This document shows positions 13,877 to 26,891 of a stretch of 64,000 nucleotides of DNA, one piece after another. The position numbers were made by a program, and so were the translations under genes. Source of the DNA: Octopus vulgaris (taxonomy: Eukaryota); the NCBI GenBank assembly GCA_951406725.2, contig OX597832.1, positions 35,340,001 through 35,404,000 on the forward strand, written 5' to 3'. How positions within the stretch are numbered: the first letter of the stretch is position 1; every line of letters starts with the position of its first letter. Under the pieces are notes generated by a model. It saw only the letters and a list, made by a program, of their open reading frames with translations, had not been told where the DNA came from and did no database searches.

Positions 13877-14789
13877 TGACCAGCACAATTCCTAGGCAGA
13901 TTCATAAAACCTAATCGAATTTGATGATTCCCAAGATATTCCCGGTGAAGTCTCTTTTGTATTGCTTGTGATTGTTTAAATTCCTAAATGAACTAAACCT
14001 CTGCATCATTTCAGTTTATGATCTTAGACAACACACCAATTTGAGACTGAAAAGAGATACTCTCTCTCACTGATGCAATGTGAACCATGAATGTGTCACT
14101 ACACGCCAGATAAATATGTTACCAATTCCACTACAAAATGCCTGCCATTTCATTTCTTTTAAGTTGCTTTTGTTATCTTCACAAGATCATTTGTTTGTTA
14201 CTTAGTGCTATCAGGATAGCTATTCTACTTATATCCAACACAGTAAGATGCCCTGTTTCTATTCACTGTTTGTGGTGAGAAAGAGGCCCATGAATCAAAT
14301 TATAAATTAATTGTGATTTTAATGTAAATGATTTTTGTAAGTACCAACAAAAACAGAAAAAGGAAACAGGCCAACTGAAGAGATTGAAAAAAAAAGGTTT
14401 GGTAAATACACAAACCACTCCCAATTTTCTTCTTCAAGATAATATATAAGCACACATCCTGAACATCACATGCCCTAATCTACAAATTAGTTTGCCATTA
14501 CTTTTGCTGTGTTGGCACATACTTTACTCTAAGTTTTTTACTTATTCAATGAGCATTGTGACATAATAAAAATATAGTATAGATCAGTTTGATTTAATGA
14601 TTCACTGTAAGTCAACTAGCTAGATCATTTGAACCGAAATGAGCTAAATTAGCTAAATGTCAGATGAAGAAAGAAACACGCAAACAGTATCTAGTTACAA
14701 TGAGAATATTAATTACAAAAAGAAATATATAACAGAAAGAAACAAAATAGAGAATTTCTGAAATTTGATGTCCTTCAAATGTTGGATTT

Positions 14790-15276
14790 CATGGAGGTAA
14801 TGACAAGTGACTGAGACCTTTGGTGATACGCTGTGCATGAGAAGAAGACCTGTCAAGCTAAGTGAGATCATAGACATGGCTGATGCAGGTGTTGCTTAAC
14901 TGGTGCATAAAAACAAAACACCCTTTGAACGTTGGGTGATATGTTGTGCTTGAGATGACCTATCATAGTCGTAGCTGATGTCAGTGGCATGTATAAAACA
15001 CCGTTCAAACGTTTAACATCATGGAGGCAGTGACAGGTGACCGAGACCCTTGCTGATATACCATGCTTGAGAAGAACTGTCAAGTCAAGTGAGATTGTAG
15101 TCGTGGCATGTAAAAAGCACCCACTACACTCTTGGAGTGGTTGGTGTTAGGAAGGGCATCCAGCTGTAGAAACCATGCCAAATCAGATTGGAACTTGACA
15201 CAGCTCCCTGGCTCACCAGTTCTGTCCAACTCATACCAGCATGGAAAATGGATGTTAAATGATGATGATGATGATG
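14790..15276 (+). mobile_element. SINE/LINE-tail repeat ending CATGGAAAATGGATGTTAAA(TGA)n
   Basis: Related copy at ~19770-19975. (TGA)n tail. Confidence 0.6.
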
Positions 15277-15689
15277 AACTGAGATTGCCTTGAAAGGACA
15301 AATACTGTAAATAGTAATTATTGGACAACTGTTCAAAGTTGATTGATAGTTTATAATTTGTCACTTGTATTTTACTGATTTTATAACCAAGATAATGGGT
15401 TCATACCACCTAACTGTAATCAGGTACATTACAGTAGATTAGCTCACTGTAAAAAGCTGTGGCAGCAATGTAAACTTGTGATACTATGCTAATGGAAATG
15501 TTAACAATATATCTATATTTTGTTTTTATTGCAAATCCAGAGTGAATTTATAAATAAATAACTTAGAATAGTTTAAGTTAAAATAGAAACTTTTGAAGGA
15601 TTTGGATAGTAAAAAGGAGTTTCACTTAAAAATGAATTGTTGTTTAATGTCTGCTTTCCATGCTGGCGTTAAATGATGATCACTAATAT

Positions 15690-15885
15690 TGGTTTCAAAT
15701 TTTGGCACAAGACCAGTAATTTTGGGGGAGGAGGTATGTAAAATACATCAACCTCAGTGTTCAACTGGTACTTATTTTATCGACCCTGAAAGGATGAAAG
15801 GCAATGTTGACCTTGGTAGAATTTGAACTCAGAATGTAAAAACAGATGAAATGCTGCCAAACATTTTGTCTGTTAGTTTGCAACC
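15690..15885 (-). mobile_element. SINE with TTGCCTTTCATCCTTTCxGGGTCGATAAAATAAGTACC core
   Basis: Same core recurs at 21240-21430, 32250-32460, 40730-40935 and 51236-51635. Confidence 0.75.
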
Positions 15886-16200
15886 TTAATGACCATTTAT
15901 ATTGAAATGAATTCACGTTTAATATATAACATTTTTTTCTTTTTTGTTACAAGGCTAAAAAATCTAAATAGCTTCAGAAAATTGCTCTTAAAATTGCATA
16001 TTAATATGGTCTAAACAAAATCAGTTTCAAATATGCAATGTTCATTAAAAAATAAAGACCAGTAAATCTAGTTCATAATAAATATTAAGTCAATGAAAAG
16101 TTAGAAAAATAATTTACAGTTTTCAAGATTCCACATGCCAAACCTCTTCATACTTTTCTCATTAACATGATGTAGCAACAATAAAAAAAAATTTACTCAC

Positions 16201-16297
16201 GAGTTATATTTTGGTTGGAGAATTTGATCTTGTGGATTGAAAACAGAAAATGTATTGCCTGGACTTGCATTATCACTGCTGGGAATGGCTTTATCTA
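16201..16297 (-). CDS. BLOC1S3: BLOC-1 subunit 3, coding exon 3 (IDKAIPSSDNASPGNTFSVFNPQDQILQPKYNS)
   Basis: Acceptor tgtttacag|, 97 nt, phase 1 to 2, donor |GTGAGT. Frame joins exons 2 and 4. Confidence 0.85.
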
Positions 16298-16493
16298 CTG
16301 TAAACAATTAAGTTGAATATATGAAAGGTTATATACTATCATAATTAACAAACAAGTTATTTTAAATATTTGAAAATTATTGACAATGATACTACTTTTG
16401 AAAGCTATATTAGGATGTTTAACGATTTCTAAATTAGTATGGCACAGGATTTATTTTACTTAAATTTTTACAATAGGTAGCAAGTTTATCATG

Positions 16494-17550
16494 TATTGAG
16501 TTGGAACAAAAGTTCATACTGTTTTTCAACTAGTAGAATTTAAACATGTGATTTCATTTCTCCTGTGCCAGAATAATATGACATTTTCCGAGAGGTAAGA
16601 TTTCAACACATCTTTCTGTATGATTACTGTGTGGTTAGTTTATTTCTACTGCTTTTATGTTAAAAAAATGCAAATGGAGGAAAATGAAATACATTTTCCT
16701 CATTTAATACTCTTTTGTTTCCAGAAAGAAAAAAAAAGTTGTACAAATAGTAGAAGAGAGGGTGCCATAGCTGAGAGTACTATTTGTAAATGGTTTGCTA
16801 GGTAGGTAGAGGAGTGAAAATTGTGATCTGGAGAACTGTGAACATTCTGGCAGGATTACAGCTGTTGATAGTGACCTAACTGAAACACTAATCAAAAATA
16901 ATCCAAAGTCCTATGACATAAAACACCACAGAGATATTCCATGTATCTCATATGAACATTATAAGACATTTAAAAATATTTGGATACATGAAACACAATG
17001 CTGTCTGAGTGTCTCATAATTGAATGGAAAAAAAGTTTAATGAACCACATTTCCATCCATAGCTCAAATGCAACAAAAACAACCAATTTTTGAAAAGAAC
17101 AATCATAGGTGATGTAAAAATGGATTTTTACAACAATGTGGAGTGAAAATGTTCTTAGAGAAAACAAAATGAACCACCTTTAATCACTCCAAAAGCCAGT
17201 ATCCAAAGAAGGTGATGCTCTCTATCTGGTGGAATTGGAAGGGCATTGTGTATTATGAGCTCCTTCCAGACATTGAATTCAGATATTATTTTTCCCAGTT
17301 AGATTGGTTAAAGTAGGTAATCGATGAAAAATGTCCAAAACGGACCAATTAAGAGGGTGTTGTCATACTTCAAGACATTAGTGTTTATATTTTCCTTGAT
17401 GATCCAGCAGAAATTGGTACAGCTTGGCTGGGATGCCCTACCACACCTAGCATACTCACCTGACCTTGCACCTTTGGATTACCATTTATTTTGATCCCTA
17501 CAAAATTCCTTTAACAGGAAGACAATTCTTTGGAAGATTGTAAAAACCAG
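16494..17550 (+). mobile_element. mariner transposon, decayed near-full transposase
   Basis: MEENEIHFPHLILFCF, GAIAESTICKWFAR, PKKVMLSIWWNWKGIVYYELLP and LPHLAYSPDLAPLDYHLF motifs, with frameshifts and stops. Confidence 0.88.
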
Positions 17551-18647
17551 TTTAGGATCCATAAGATTTAGGAGGTTGTATGGGGATATTGGCAGGATGT
17601 GAATGTGTGGTGTGTGGCATCAATTAGGCAGCAGTTGGGTAATCCAATAGGTGCAGCGATAGTAGTAGTTTGTAAAAGCTAGGTTTGGAGGTAAGAAACA
17701 GATCAAGGTTATCAGGAATATATGAAAGTTGATCAAAAATAAAAGTAGTGGTCTCCAAGCAAATAAGAGCATTACAACACTTAGTTTAGGAATAAATGTC
17801 CCTAATCTAAATCCAATCTGGTACTGTTTTATCCTTGAATAAGAAACCTAATGTTGATTGGGAATCAAACTGAGTGAATGAAATGTAATATAGATGTATA
17901 TATCTAAAAATGTTTCATCTTTGAAGAAATTATAGTATTATGAAGTTATGTATCTAAGTCTGATACTAGAAACAATCATTAAATATTAGACAATGTAGAA
18001 TGTTTTATTTAAACAAGATGTATAATCTTGCCACAGGAACATGAACATAAAATGTTATTAGGAAGTTTCCTGACTTTATGTGCTATGCTTGTGTTGTACA
18101 AAAGAAATGCAGATGTAGATGACAATCGCTGGTAGCCAGCCTTCATCTTTCTACTTGTGTTCAATATACAAGGTTACAAATTTAGTATGAAGCTCAACAA
18201 CTCTACTATTGAGAGCCTTGAAATGCTTGTCAAATTTTTGGTGAACATTATTTAGACTGAACCCATGTTTCTGAGAGACACACATGTTTTAAAACTGGTT
18301 AAGTATCAGTTCAAAGATGATGAACATTCAGGGCAATCAATAACTGGTAAAAAGCCATAAAATGTGGGGGAAAAGTTCATGAACTCATCCATGAAAGCTG
18401 CTATCAAACATCCATCACCTCTCTCACATGATTGGAACCAGTTATGGAGTGTGTCAGGAGATTCTAGAGGGAAACCTGAATATATATTTATGCATTATGT
18501 TGCTGGAAAGTTTGTCTCCAGGATAACTAGAAATAGGTATTCCTTGCATAACATATCCTTAGCGCTTACTTGTTTGGAAAGGCAATCTTTCATATCATAT
18601 GGGTAACACACAAAATATTAATTTGCATATAAAAAGCAATTAATTAC

Positions 18648-18756
18648 TTCTTAATGTTGGCATGGAATGGTTCAGTTCGCTGGTATTAATTTCTTCATCT
18701 GATTCCGAAGCCTCTCCGGCAACTACAATCCCTTGAAGGTTGGGTAACTTTGATCC
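18648..18756 (-). CDS. BLOC1S3: BLOC-1 subunit 3, coding exon 2 (GSKLPNLQGIVVAGEASESDEEINTSELNHSMPTLR)
   Basis: Acceptor ttttcattaag|, 109 nt, phase 0 to 1, donor |GTAATT. Contains the second VAGEASESD motif. Confidence 0.88.
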
Positions 18757-20699
18757 CTTAATGAAAAAACATAAAATATTGAAAAGGCTATTGTTAGAAG
18801 ACATGAACTATTGACAAATATATATGAAAAGTGCAACAGTTTTTGAAATGGTAGAATCGACAAAATGGGAGGTGAGGAAGTGTTTAATGATAATACGTAA
18901 GTAGTCAGATATGAGTCATCTAAGTGACTTCCTACACAGCTTCTGTAGAACCAAACTGGGGACATACTCTCCTATGAAATTCACCATTTGTCCTTTACAC
19001 TTCAGAAACTTGGTCAAAGCAATATCATTGCAGTTGACATCATCTAAGTCTTTGATTATGTCTCACACAAGGCTCTCAGCAAGCTACTTAGAATTTCATC
19101 CCTCTATTTTCTTGGATTTGAATTTTCCTGTCAGAATTTTACCATTACAGCTTGCACTATTGGTCCTGTTCCATGTGAAGGCAAGGTATAGGTAAAAATT
19201 CCACATGGTACGTTCTGGGCAGACTACAGACACATAAAAAATGCAGTAGAATCACAGGAGGATTAACAGAGAAAGTAGATGTGCAGGAGCAATAAATAAT
19301 AAGAGCACATGGAAAATAGATGTTCTGAAATGTCCAGGAAGCTTAGAAAACTGACCTCAAGATGTTGAGCCTCTCAGAGGAGACAATGGGGGACCAAGAT
19401 GAATGGCACTACGCAGTGCTTGAGAAGACTCGTCCATCTCAGGAGAACTGAAGCTCTGTCTAGCTTTCCCTCACATCTTCTGACACCTACTCTTCCATCA
19501 AACTTCTTTGTTACCCTATTTTCTTCACTTAACGATTATCCTCGAAGTCCAATTTATTTTCCTGTCTTTAATCATCTGTCATACTATTCTCACTCAGTGC
19601 ACTCACCTACACATTCGCTTTTCTGCTCTGCTCTCCTATTCTGTCACATGTTCATATTGCACCAGGACCTCATATCTCTTTAGTAAGACACCTGCTCCTC
19701 TCCCTCTATCAAAGTTTTTTTTTTCTTTCTCCTGTCTATATCCTACTCAGTTGAAGGGTCTTACTTCACAGGTACTTGGTGACCTCATCTGTGCTGATGC
19801 CACATAAAAGCACATTATACACTCTGTTAAGTGGTTGGCATTAGGAAGAGCATTTAAATGCAGAAATCATGCCAAAGAAGACAAAGAACATTGCTGAGCC
19901 ATCTAGCCCATCTGTTCTTGTCAAACTGTCCGACCCATGCCAGCATGGAAAAAAAGAATGTAAAATGATGAGGATATCAACACACACACATATTCACATA
20001 CACACAACTCATGTCAGCATAGAAAACAGACATTAAATGATAATGTATATCACTGTGTCACTGTAACAACTAGACTATCAAATGTTGTTATACACCGCCG
20101 GTCACAATGCACTTCCAATTCTATCTTGATTGTGCTATTCTTTTCCATCTTTCCCAAATTGTTGAATTAAATCATCTTCACTTTGTTGTGGAGGCCTTCT
20201 AAGTGGCCTTTTCCAATCCCTTGGACACCACTCTGTAACTGCACAGGTCCACCCGGTGTCTGTGAAGTAATGCAACACGTGAATTTGTGCTTTTGGCATT
20301 CTGAAGTTATGTCATTCAATCCACTCCATTCTCATTATGGATATGCTCTCACAATGATATTCCTAGCACAGATCTTTCTATAGCCAAATGATGTTCTTCC
20401 CTCATCATAGTAGCCCACGTCTCACTTGCATATCAAAGAACAGCTAGGACAGTGGCACTGAAGTGTTTGGCACATGTGGCCGTGTCCATCTATGTTTTGA
20501 GCACATGCTTTAATGAGATAAACACCTTCCACACTGCCCTTACTTTCTTTCAGATTTCAGAGTTCATGTCATAACACATGACATATATTTACTGTGGGCC
20601 CTAATTGGATTTATTCCTTTACTTCCTCAATAACATCACTTCCCATCTCAAGTCAGTGGATCTACATTTTTGGACTACATGTATTTTGTTTTAATGTGG

Positions 20700-21200
20700 T
20701 TCATTTTAAAACCTACTACTGAGCTATATGTGTGTGTCCAGCTCTGTCAGCATGGTCTGCAATTGACCTGTGGTTTCAGTGCTGATTACAATGCCATCTA
20801 CGAATAGAAGATCTGTTAGTAGCTTGCTACTCATATTCATGCTATATATCCAGTAAATTTTTTTTTTTTTTGATGATTATTTCTAGATATGCAGTGAAGA
20901 GCTTTGGAAAGAGATGCCATCTCCTTGTTTGACACCCTTCCCAATTGGAACTCTTGCTGGCAGCAATAGTAGAGCTATATCTGTTGCGCATCCAGAGTTT
21001 GCATCCCTGAGTAGTTAGGTGTATTGCACTCACACACCTTGAATTTCCAGAGATTTCAGCACAGTGTGTGAAGTACACCACATATGATCGTCAGACAGAA
21101 TGACACAAATCAACAGATAAAACAATCCATTCCAGCTGCAAAGGAGGCATCAGTAAAGGGAAGTTTACTGGTATTTGGTATTCCACAAATCCAGGAGTAT
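20700..21200 (-). mobile_element. RTE-type LINE RT remnant
   Basis: GKGVKQGDGIS..PKLFTAYLE on the minus strand (~20880-20945). Confidence 0.6.
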
Positions 21201-21239
21201 CTAAAGTTAAATGGAACTTTAAGCATGGCATAATATAAT

Positions 21240-21430
21240 CCTTTCAACTATAGGCACAAGGTCTGGAATTTGTGAGGAGGGGGAGAGTCGATTCTCCCCA
21301 GTACTCAACTGGTACTTATTTTATCAGCCCTGAAAGGATGAAAGATAAAGTTAATCTCAGTGGAACTTGAACTCAGATGGACAAAATGTTGCTAAGTGTT
21401 TTGCCTAGCATTCTAATGATTCTGTCAGCT
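21240..21430 (-). mobile_element. SINE (same core family as 15690-15885)
   Basis: Shared GGTACTTATTTTATC..CCCTGAAAGGATGAAAG block. Confidence 0.7.
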
Positions 21431-22575
21431 TACAAACTTATCAGGGCATAATATAATAATGATAAAACAGACAAATGAATTTTATGATATTTTTATGATA
21501 TTATTTCATTAAAATAGTTTATTGTTAAATAAAATATCATGCAAATAGTTATATATAGACATTCAATATCAATATGGTTATGCAATACATTACATATAGA
21601 TCCTCAAATCTTCATGTTATGCCATATTCCAACTGAGAAGAATATATGTTGAGTTCAAAACAACATATGAAATCAACTGAAGAAAATACCTATGCTATAA
21701 ATATTGAAGTAGACTGGTTTATAATTGGCTAATCAAATCCTTAGCTATACTAAAACAACAGGATACAGAGAACTGATAGCAGAAAGTGGGTGATACAACG
21801 TCACAAAAGATCACTTATCAAGATAGCAGATTATAGATAGATGTTAGTGTTGTGATTTTACTACCCACTAAAATTGGTGTCAAAGTTTAAAAAAATGCTG
21901 CTGTGTTAATCAGTCAGGAGATAAAAGATACAATATATTCAGTTATATTGTGCAGAATGTGGTATATTGGGTTTGCCAAGACAAGCATTTAAATTAAATG
22001 CATGAAAATATATTAGTTTCAAAATTTTAGACGAAATGAAGTAACTAAAAGCTAAAACAGAAATATATTGAATTAAATTCTGCAGACAGAAACTCATATT
22101 AATAATTACAGTATCTACTGACAGCAACAATGGCAAATAAAGAAAAACAAATTAAAATGAAATGTAGATAGAGAGGAACATAGAGAAATCTGAGTGGATC
22201 AGGTACAATTACACAAAAATGCAATTTAGGAATCGATATTTAATTCCAAATTTAGTTGGCATCTCATTCATACATAACTTATACTAAGGTATTTTAAAGT
22301 AGGAGTTAAAAGATTTGAATGCATTGAAATCTATTAGAAAAGTAATGATGATAATAATGGACATCTCATTTATCTTTTACCTTGTTTCAATCATTAGACT
22401 GCAGACATGCTGGGGCACCCCTTAAAAGAACTTTTGTTGAATGAATGAATCCCAGCACTTATTTTTCTAGCCTGGTACTTATTCGATGGGTCTCTTTTGC
22501 CAAACAGCTCAATTACTGAGATGCAAACACACCAACACTGGTTGTCAAGCACTGGTGGGGAACAAACACACATCT

Positions 22576-22790
22576 ATATATAAATACAAAATGGGACAAG
22601 AACGCAAAACATCCAAATAGACAATACAAAAAACACGGACGGGTCATTCAAAGCTTTTAATCTTCAGTCAAGAACCGGATCAGCTGAAATTGCGAGGATG
22701 ATCCGGTTCTTGATTGAAGATTAAAAGCTTCAAATGACCCGTCTATATCATCTATTTGGATGTTTTTCGCTCTTGTACCATTTTGTATTT

Positions 22791-22800
<10 letters not shown>
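22576..22800. repeat. Long imperfect inverted repeat (~100-bp arms, 16-nt spacer)
   Basis: ...GGGTCATTCAAAGCTTTTAATCTTCAGTCAAGAACCGGATCA / TGATCCGGTTCTTGATTGAAGATTAAAAGCTTCAAATGACCC... A single arm recurs at ~61330-61440. Confidence 0.85.
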
Positions 22801-22821
<21 letters not shown>

Positions 22822-22840
22822 CAGCGTACGTACACTTTGT

Positions 22841-22889
<49 letters not shown>

Positions 22890-23389
22890 CATATATATGT
22901 ATGTATATATATATATATTTACATATATATGTATGTGTATATATATATATAGTCTTTCCGAAAATAGTAGCTGAAAAACAGGAAGAAAAAACTAAAAGCA
23001 GTAGAAATGCACGAACGATTGTGGTGGTGCCATGAAGTAAACATGCTTCAGATCATCATCATCATCATCATCGTTTAACGTCCGCTTTCCGTGCTAAATT
23101 TTCCGCATTCCAGTTTATTCATACAAATGTAACTGAGATGAAATATGTCATAAATAACAGTGACAAACAATATATACACTGCCAGAAGTTGTTGACAAAC
23201 AACAGCAGTAATTTTATTCAGCTGAATACATGTCATTGATTGGTTGAAATTGCTGAAATACAACAACTTTAACACGAAATGACTTTGAAAATAGAAACTT
23301 TTCTCAACAACACTAAGAGTAAAAGATGTTTTATATGACACATGGGTACCATGGGTACATCAAAACAGTCTGGTGTATCTTTCCAGGTC

Positions 23390-23790
23390 CATTATTTACC
23401 TTCATGAAATATTATAGTCTTTCTAGCTTCAAGCATAATTTTTATTTCTTTCATTTTAAATTTAGTCCTATTCTTGGCAAAGATAAGTGCCTTATTTAGT
23501 AAGATGGGGTTAATGGATTGGTATTAGCTGTCTATGTCCAGTTGGATGAATTTACATTTTTTCTTGTAGATTAGCGAACCAGTTAGTTGTATCTAGTGTT
23601 TTTGATTACAGGTGGAGTTTGGATTTCAATAATTTTAGGTATTTGTCTATGGCAATTTTGTTAAGTTTTCCGATGTCAGATATACAGAGGCATATTGAGC
23701 CTTACCTTTGGATCAGTATGAAAGTTACGTTTGTGGTCTTTAAGGCTAATTCTAGGTCTAGATGGTTCATAAACTTCAGTTACGACGTCA
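23390..23790 (-). mobile_element. Penelope-like element RT N-terminal remnant
   Basis: PRISLKDHKRNFHTDPKVRLN resembles the PLE TLKDHKxNF...CRLINP motif. Confidence 0.6.
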
Positions 23791-23823
23791 ATATGGATAT
23801 ACACACACATATACAAAGATGGT

Positions 23824-24555
23824 AATAATAATAATAATAATAATAATTGTGTACAGTGCTCAGGTGCACTACAACTCATCTAAAGTGTATATATAATCAG
23901 GTGTAGTTTCGACGGATTTCGGGAAGCATGAGGGCCTTAAAGGATGCAGTGTCATGGCAGTCAACAACTGATGCAGGCAGTTTATTCCACGCTTCAGCAA
24001 CCCTGAGCGTGAAAAAATGTTTCCGAAAGTCATGGGAGCTGTGCTGTTTTCTGACTTTGTAGGTATGTCCACGTGTGTTAGACACATGGAGATCAAAAAG
24101 GTGTTCAGTGTTGTTGTTGGTGAGATGGTTGATAACCTTGTGGGTGTTTACCAAGTCCGTCGCTAGACGCCGGAGCTTCAGTGAATCCATGCCCAGGGAA
24201 ACAAGGCGCTCAGAATATGGTAGGTGTCTGATGGAGGGTATGCGTTTGGTTGCACGTCTCTGGACAGATTCCAGGAGGTCAATGTTCTGTGCAAGATAGG
24301 GGTTCCAAATTGATGATGCGAATTCCAAGTGTGGTCGTACCATAGCTGTATACAGTTTTAAATAGATGGCTGGAGAGCGGCTAACAAAAGTCTTGCTGAG
24401 TGATGCCAAGACACCCTCGGCCTTCTTGACAATTTTAGAGAAATGCTTTGTCCAACGCAAATCACTGCTGACAGTGATGCCTAGGTCACGCTCGCAAGAG
24501 GATTTCTTGATATCAGTGTTGTGGAGGGAGTATGTGGACGCAGGGTTTGTTGTGT
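23824..24555 (-). mobile_element. 5'-truncated CR1/L2-group LINE, intact 3' end of ORF2, (TTA)n tail
   Basis: ORF 23897..24610: ERDLGITV, LYTAMVRPHLEFASSIWNPY, LESVQRRATK, TRGH, FFTLRVAEAWNKLP. Simple-repeat tail at 23824-23847. Confidence 0.9.
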
Positions 24556-24564
24556 GCTCACCAT

Positions 24565-24738
24565 CTGTTCGTATTGGAGCTTCTAGCGAGAATGCCAAGC
24601 CGCATAGCATGTTATTTCCAAATTCCTGGGAGAGTGAATTGTGTCATGGTACTGTTTTTCTCACTATGCTGCGTAGTAGACAACCTCAAATACAAACAAT
24701 GCACATGCATATGGTGACAATTTACCCATCGCACCTTG

Positions 24739-24741
<3 letters not shown>
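24565..24741 (-). mobile_element. 5' end fragment of a Tc1/mariner-like element
   Basis: TA-CAAGGTGCGATGGGTAAATTGTCACC terminus next to (TA)n. Confidence 0.45.
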
Positions 24742-24769
<28 letters not shown>

Positions 24770-25517
24770 ACACATATACCAAAGATGGTCAAACTAAAGC
24801 GTCTGACCCGAGCAAAAAGAAAAAAACAAAAGAAAAATAGTGTAATAGGTGTAAAACAACTTGCTCTAAACAAATATGACATTTTCCCCACAAATTACTT
24901 TATAATCGTAATGTATAAAATTTCATTGAAAAATCCCCATTTTCCTAAAAGTTATGAGTTCATTTCCGGGTGAAGATGTAAACATTAACCAAATTGATTT
25001 TTTTTTTATCATTGGGGTTAAAAGTTCGCCAATCGTAGAAAAAAAAACTGCTATAAAGCAGTGAGGAAAGTGGATACTTTATGACAACCAGCATCAAGTT
25101 TATTCGCTAGAAGTAGCCGTCAAGAAGTGTAATCCTTTTTAAATCTTCTTAAGCACAAGATAAACAAACACACCAAAATTTGAAACATACTTACAGAAGT
25201 TCACGAAAATAGTCAACCTGAACGGACTCACACATTCTATAATAAAACTAAACCCAAATCTCACGGTCGCTGTACAAATTTAAAATTTGTTTAAACTTAA
25301 TTTTTGCCATTCATGCGACGCATTTGTTTTGAACTTCACAACTTTTGAAAAGAAAAGAAGGTAAAATACATGAACGAATGTTTGACATTTAAAAATAATA
25401 CAAGTTTGTGTTGCCTGGTCTAAGAATTAAAATATAGAAAGCAACGAAAGGTTTACATGTTTATCATTATCTTTTGCATGATCGACGTTTGAAATATTTA
25501 GGAATCCGGGAACTTAC

Positions 25518-25640
25518 CATATAACTTGGATAGGGAAGATTCAGGGGATCGGATGTTGGAGGTTTTACTTGGAAATAACTATCATCTGATGATTCTGATC
25601 CTTCTCCTTCGACAACATTTCTTTCAACAAAAGAGTCCAT
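25518..25640 (-). CDS. BLOC1S3: BLOC-1 subunit 3, coding exon 1 (MDSFVERNVVEGEGSESSDDSYFQVKPPTSDPLNLPYPSYM)
   Basis: ATG at 25640, 41 open codons, donor ATG|GTAAGT (phase 0). VVEGEGSESSD matches the first N-terminal VVxGEAxExD motif of BLOC1S3. Confidence 0.88.
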
Positions 25641-26296
25641 CAATGTAGCTGCTTCGAAGTGTTCGCTTGAGATTTATGGAAACAGTTTCCAACTTGAAAC
25701 AAACTCGCCTCGGATTTTCAGCAGAGGAAAAAAACCGAGCTTGGAAACGGGTAAAGACGGAGAATTAATTTAAGCATTATTTTCGTATTTTAATTCATAG
25801 AGTTGCTTCCCTTGAGTTTCCCAATTTTTCTTAATTCACAAAGAAATACGGAGATTGCGAACCTGGAAGAGAATTTCTTTTTAAGGTTTCCTAAAGACAT
25901 CCTGTGGTGTTATGAGCCAGGCTGTGTTGTAAGGAAGGACCGGTCTAACAACGCTCCATGTTTGTTTTCATTCGGTTTCCTTGTCTGTCTCCACTGACAT
26001 TGTCCTTTTTTGTTCCCAACTTTGATCCAACATAAATCCTAAATTTTATTTTAGAATTTATGGGAGCTCCTATCCTTGAAGACTCATATTGTTGATTGAA
26101 TGCTCGGAATGAGGAACAAATAGACAGCCGACAACTGATGAATGGTCCTTTTTCTGTGTTAACTTGTCTTGTTTTCCTTTTTTTTCTCATTGTTTACGTA
26201 TTTCACTTGTTTTTGTCCTGTAATTACTGTCCACATCTTGTATCTCTCATGTGTATGTTATTTGCACCGTTGGTGAAATCCTAAACACATATCTGC

Positions 26297-26358
<62 letters not shown>

Positions 26359-26891
26359 ATACAATATGTTACATTACTCGGTAGTCAAGATAAAACTCTG
26401 AGTTTCAGATGCCGAAGTGGAAATCCACAACACCATCTCTTCGGTTATCTGGCTATTTGAAAACGTTATGAAAAATTTCCTCTATTTACATAATATTGAG
26501 GTCTCTTTCTTTCTTTTGTTATCTTACCGTTTTATCAATATATATATATATATATATATATCTTTTGGGATTTGGTTTGTAAGATTCTTTATGTGAGTTC
26601 GTGTGTTGAAGCATATTCTGTTGTGTCTGGGGAGAGTCATTTTCTTTTTGTGCCTTATAATGTAATACACTCACCGGTAAAATTTCCACTTATTTCTTAT
26701 TTTTATTTTCCTAAAATTTTCAATAGTCAAGACTATTGAAAAGGTTGCAAGACGCAACGAAAATTTTAGGAAGACAAAAATAAGAAAGTGGAAATATAGT
26801 TAATCCAAACATGAAAGCACAAAGAGAAAACACAACAACGCGAGGACGTGGAACAAGTATAGTATTATTGGACGCTAAGGAAAGAAGGAGG

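Noticed and set aside
9868-13914. Long ORFs of 231-1330 aa on both strands as real proteins
   Set aside because: They arise because the 13/14-bp unit lacks stop codons in all frames. They overlap each other, drift between frames and lie in an intron.
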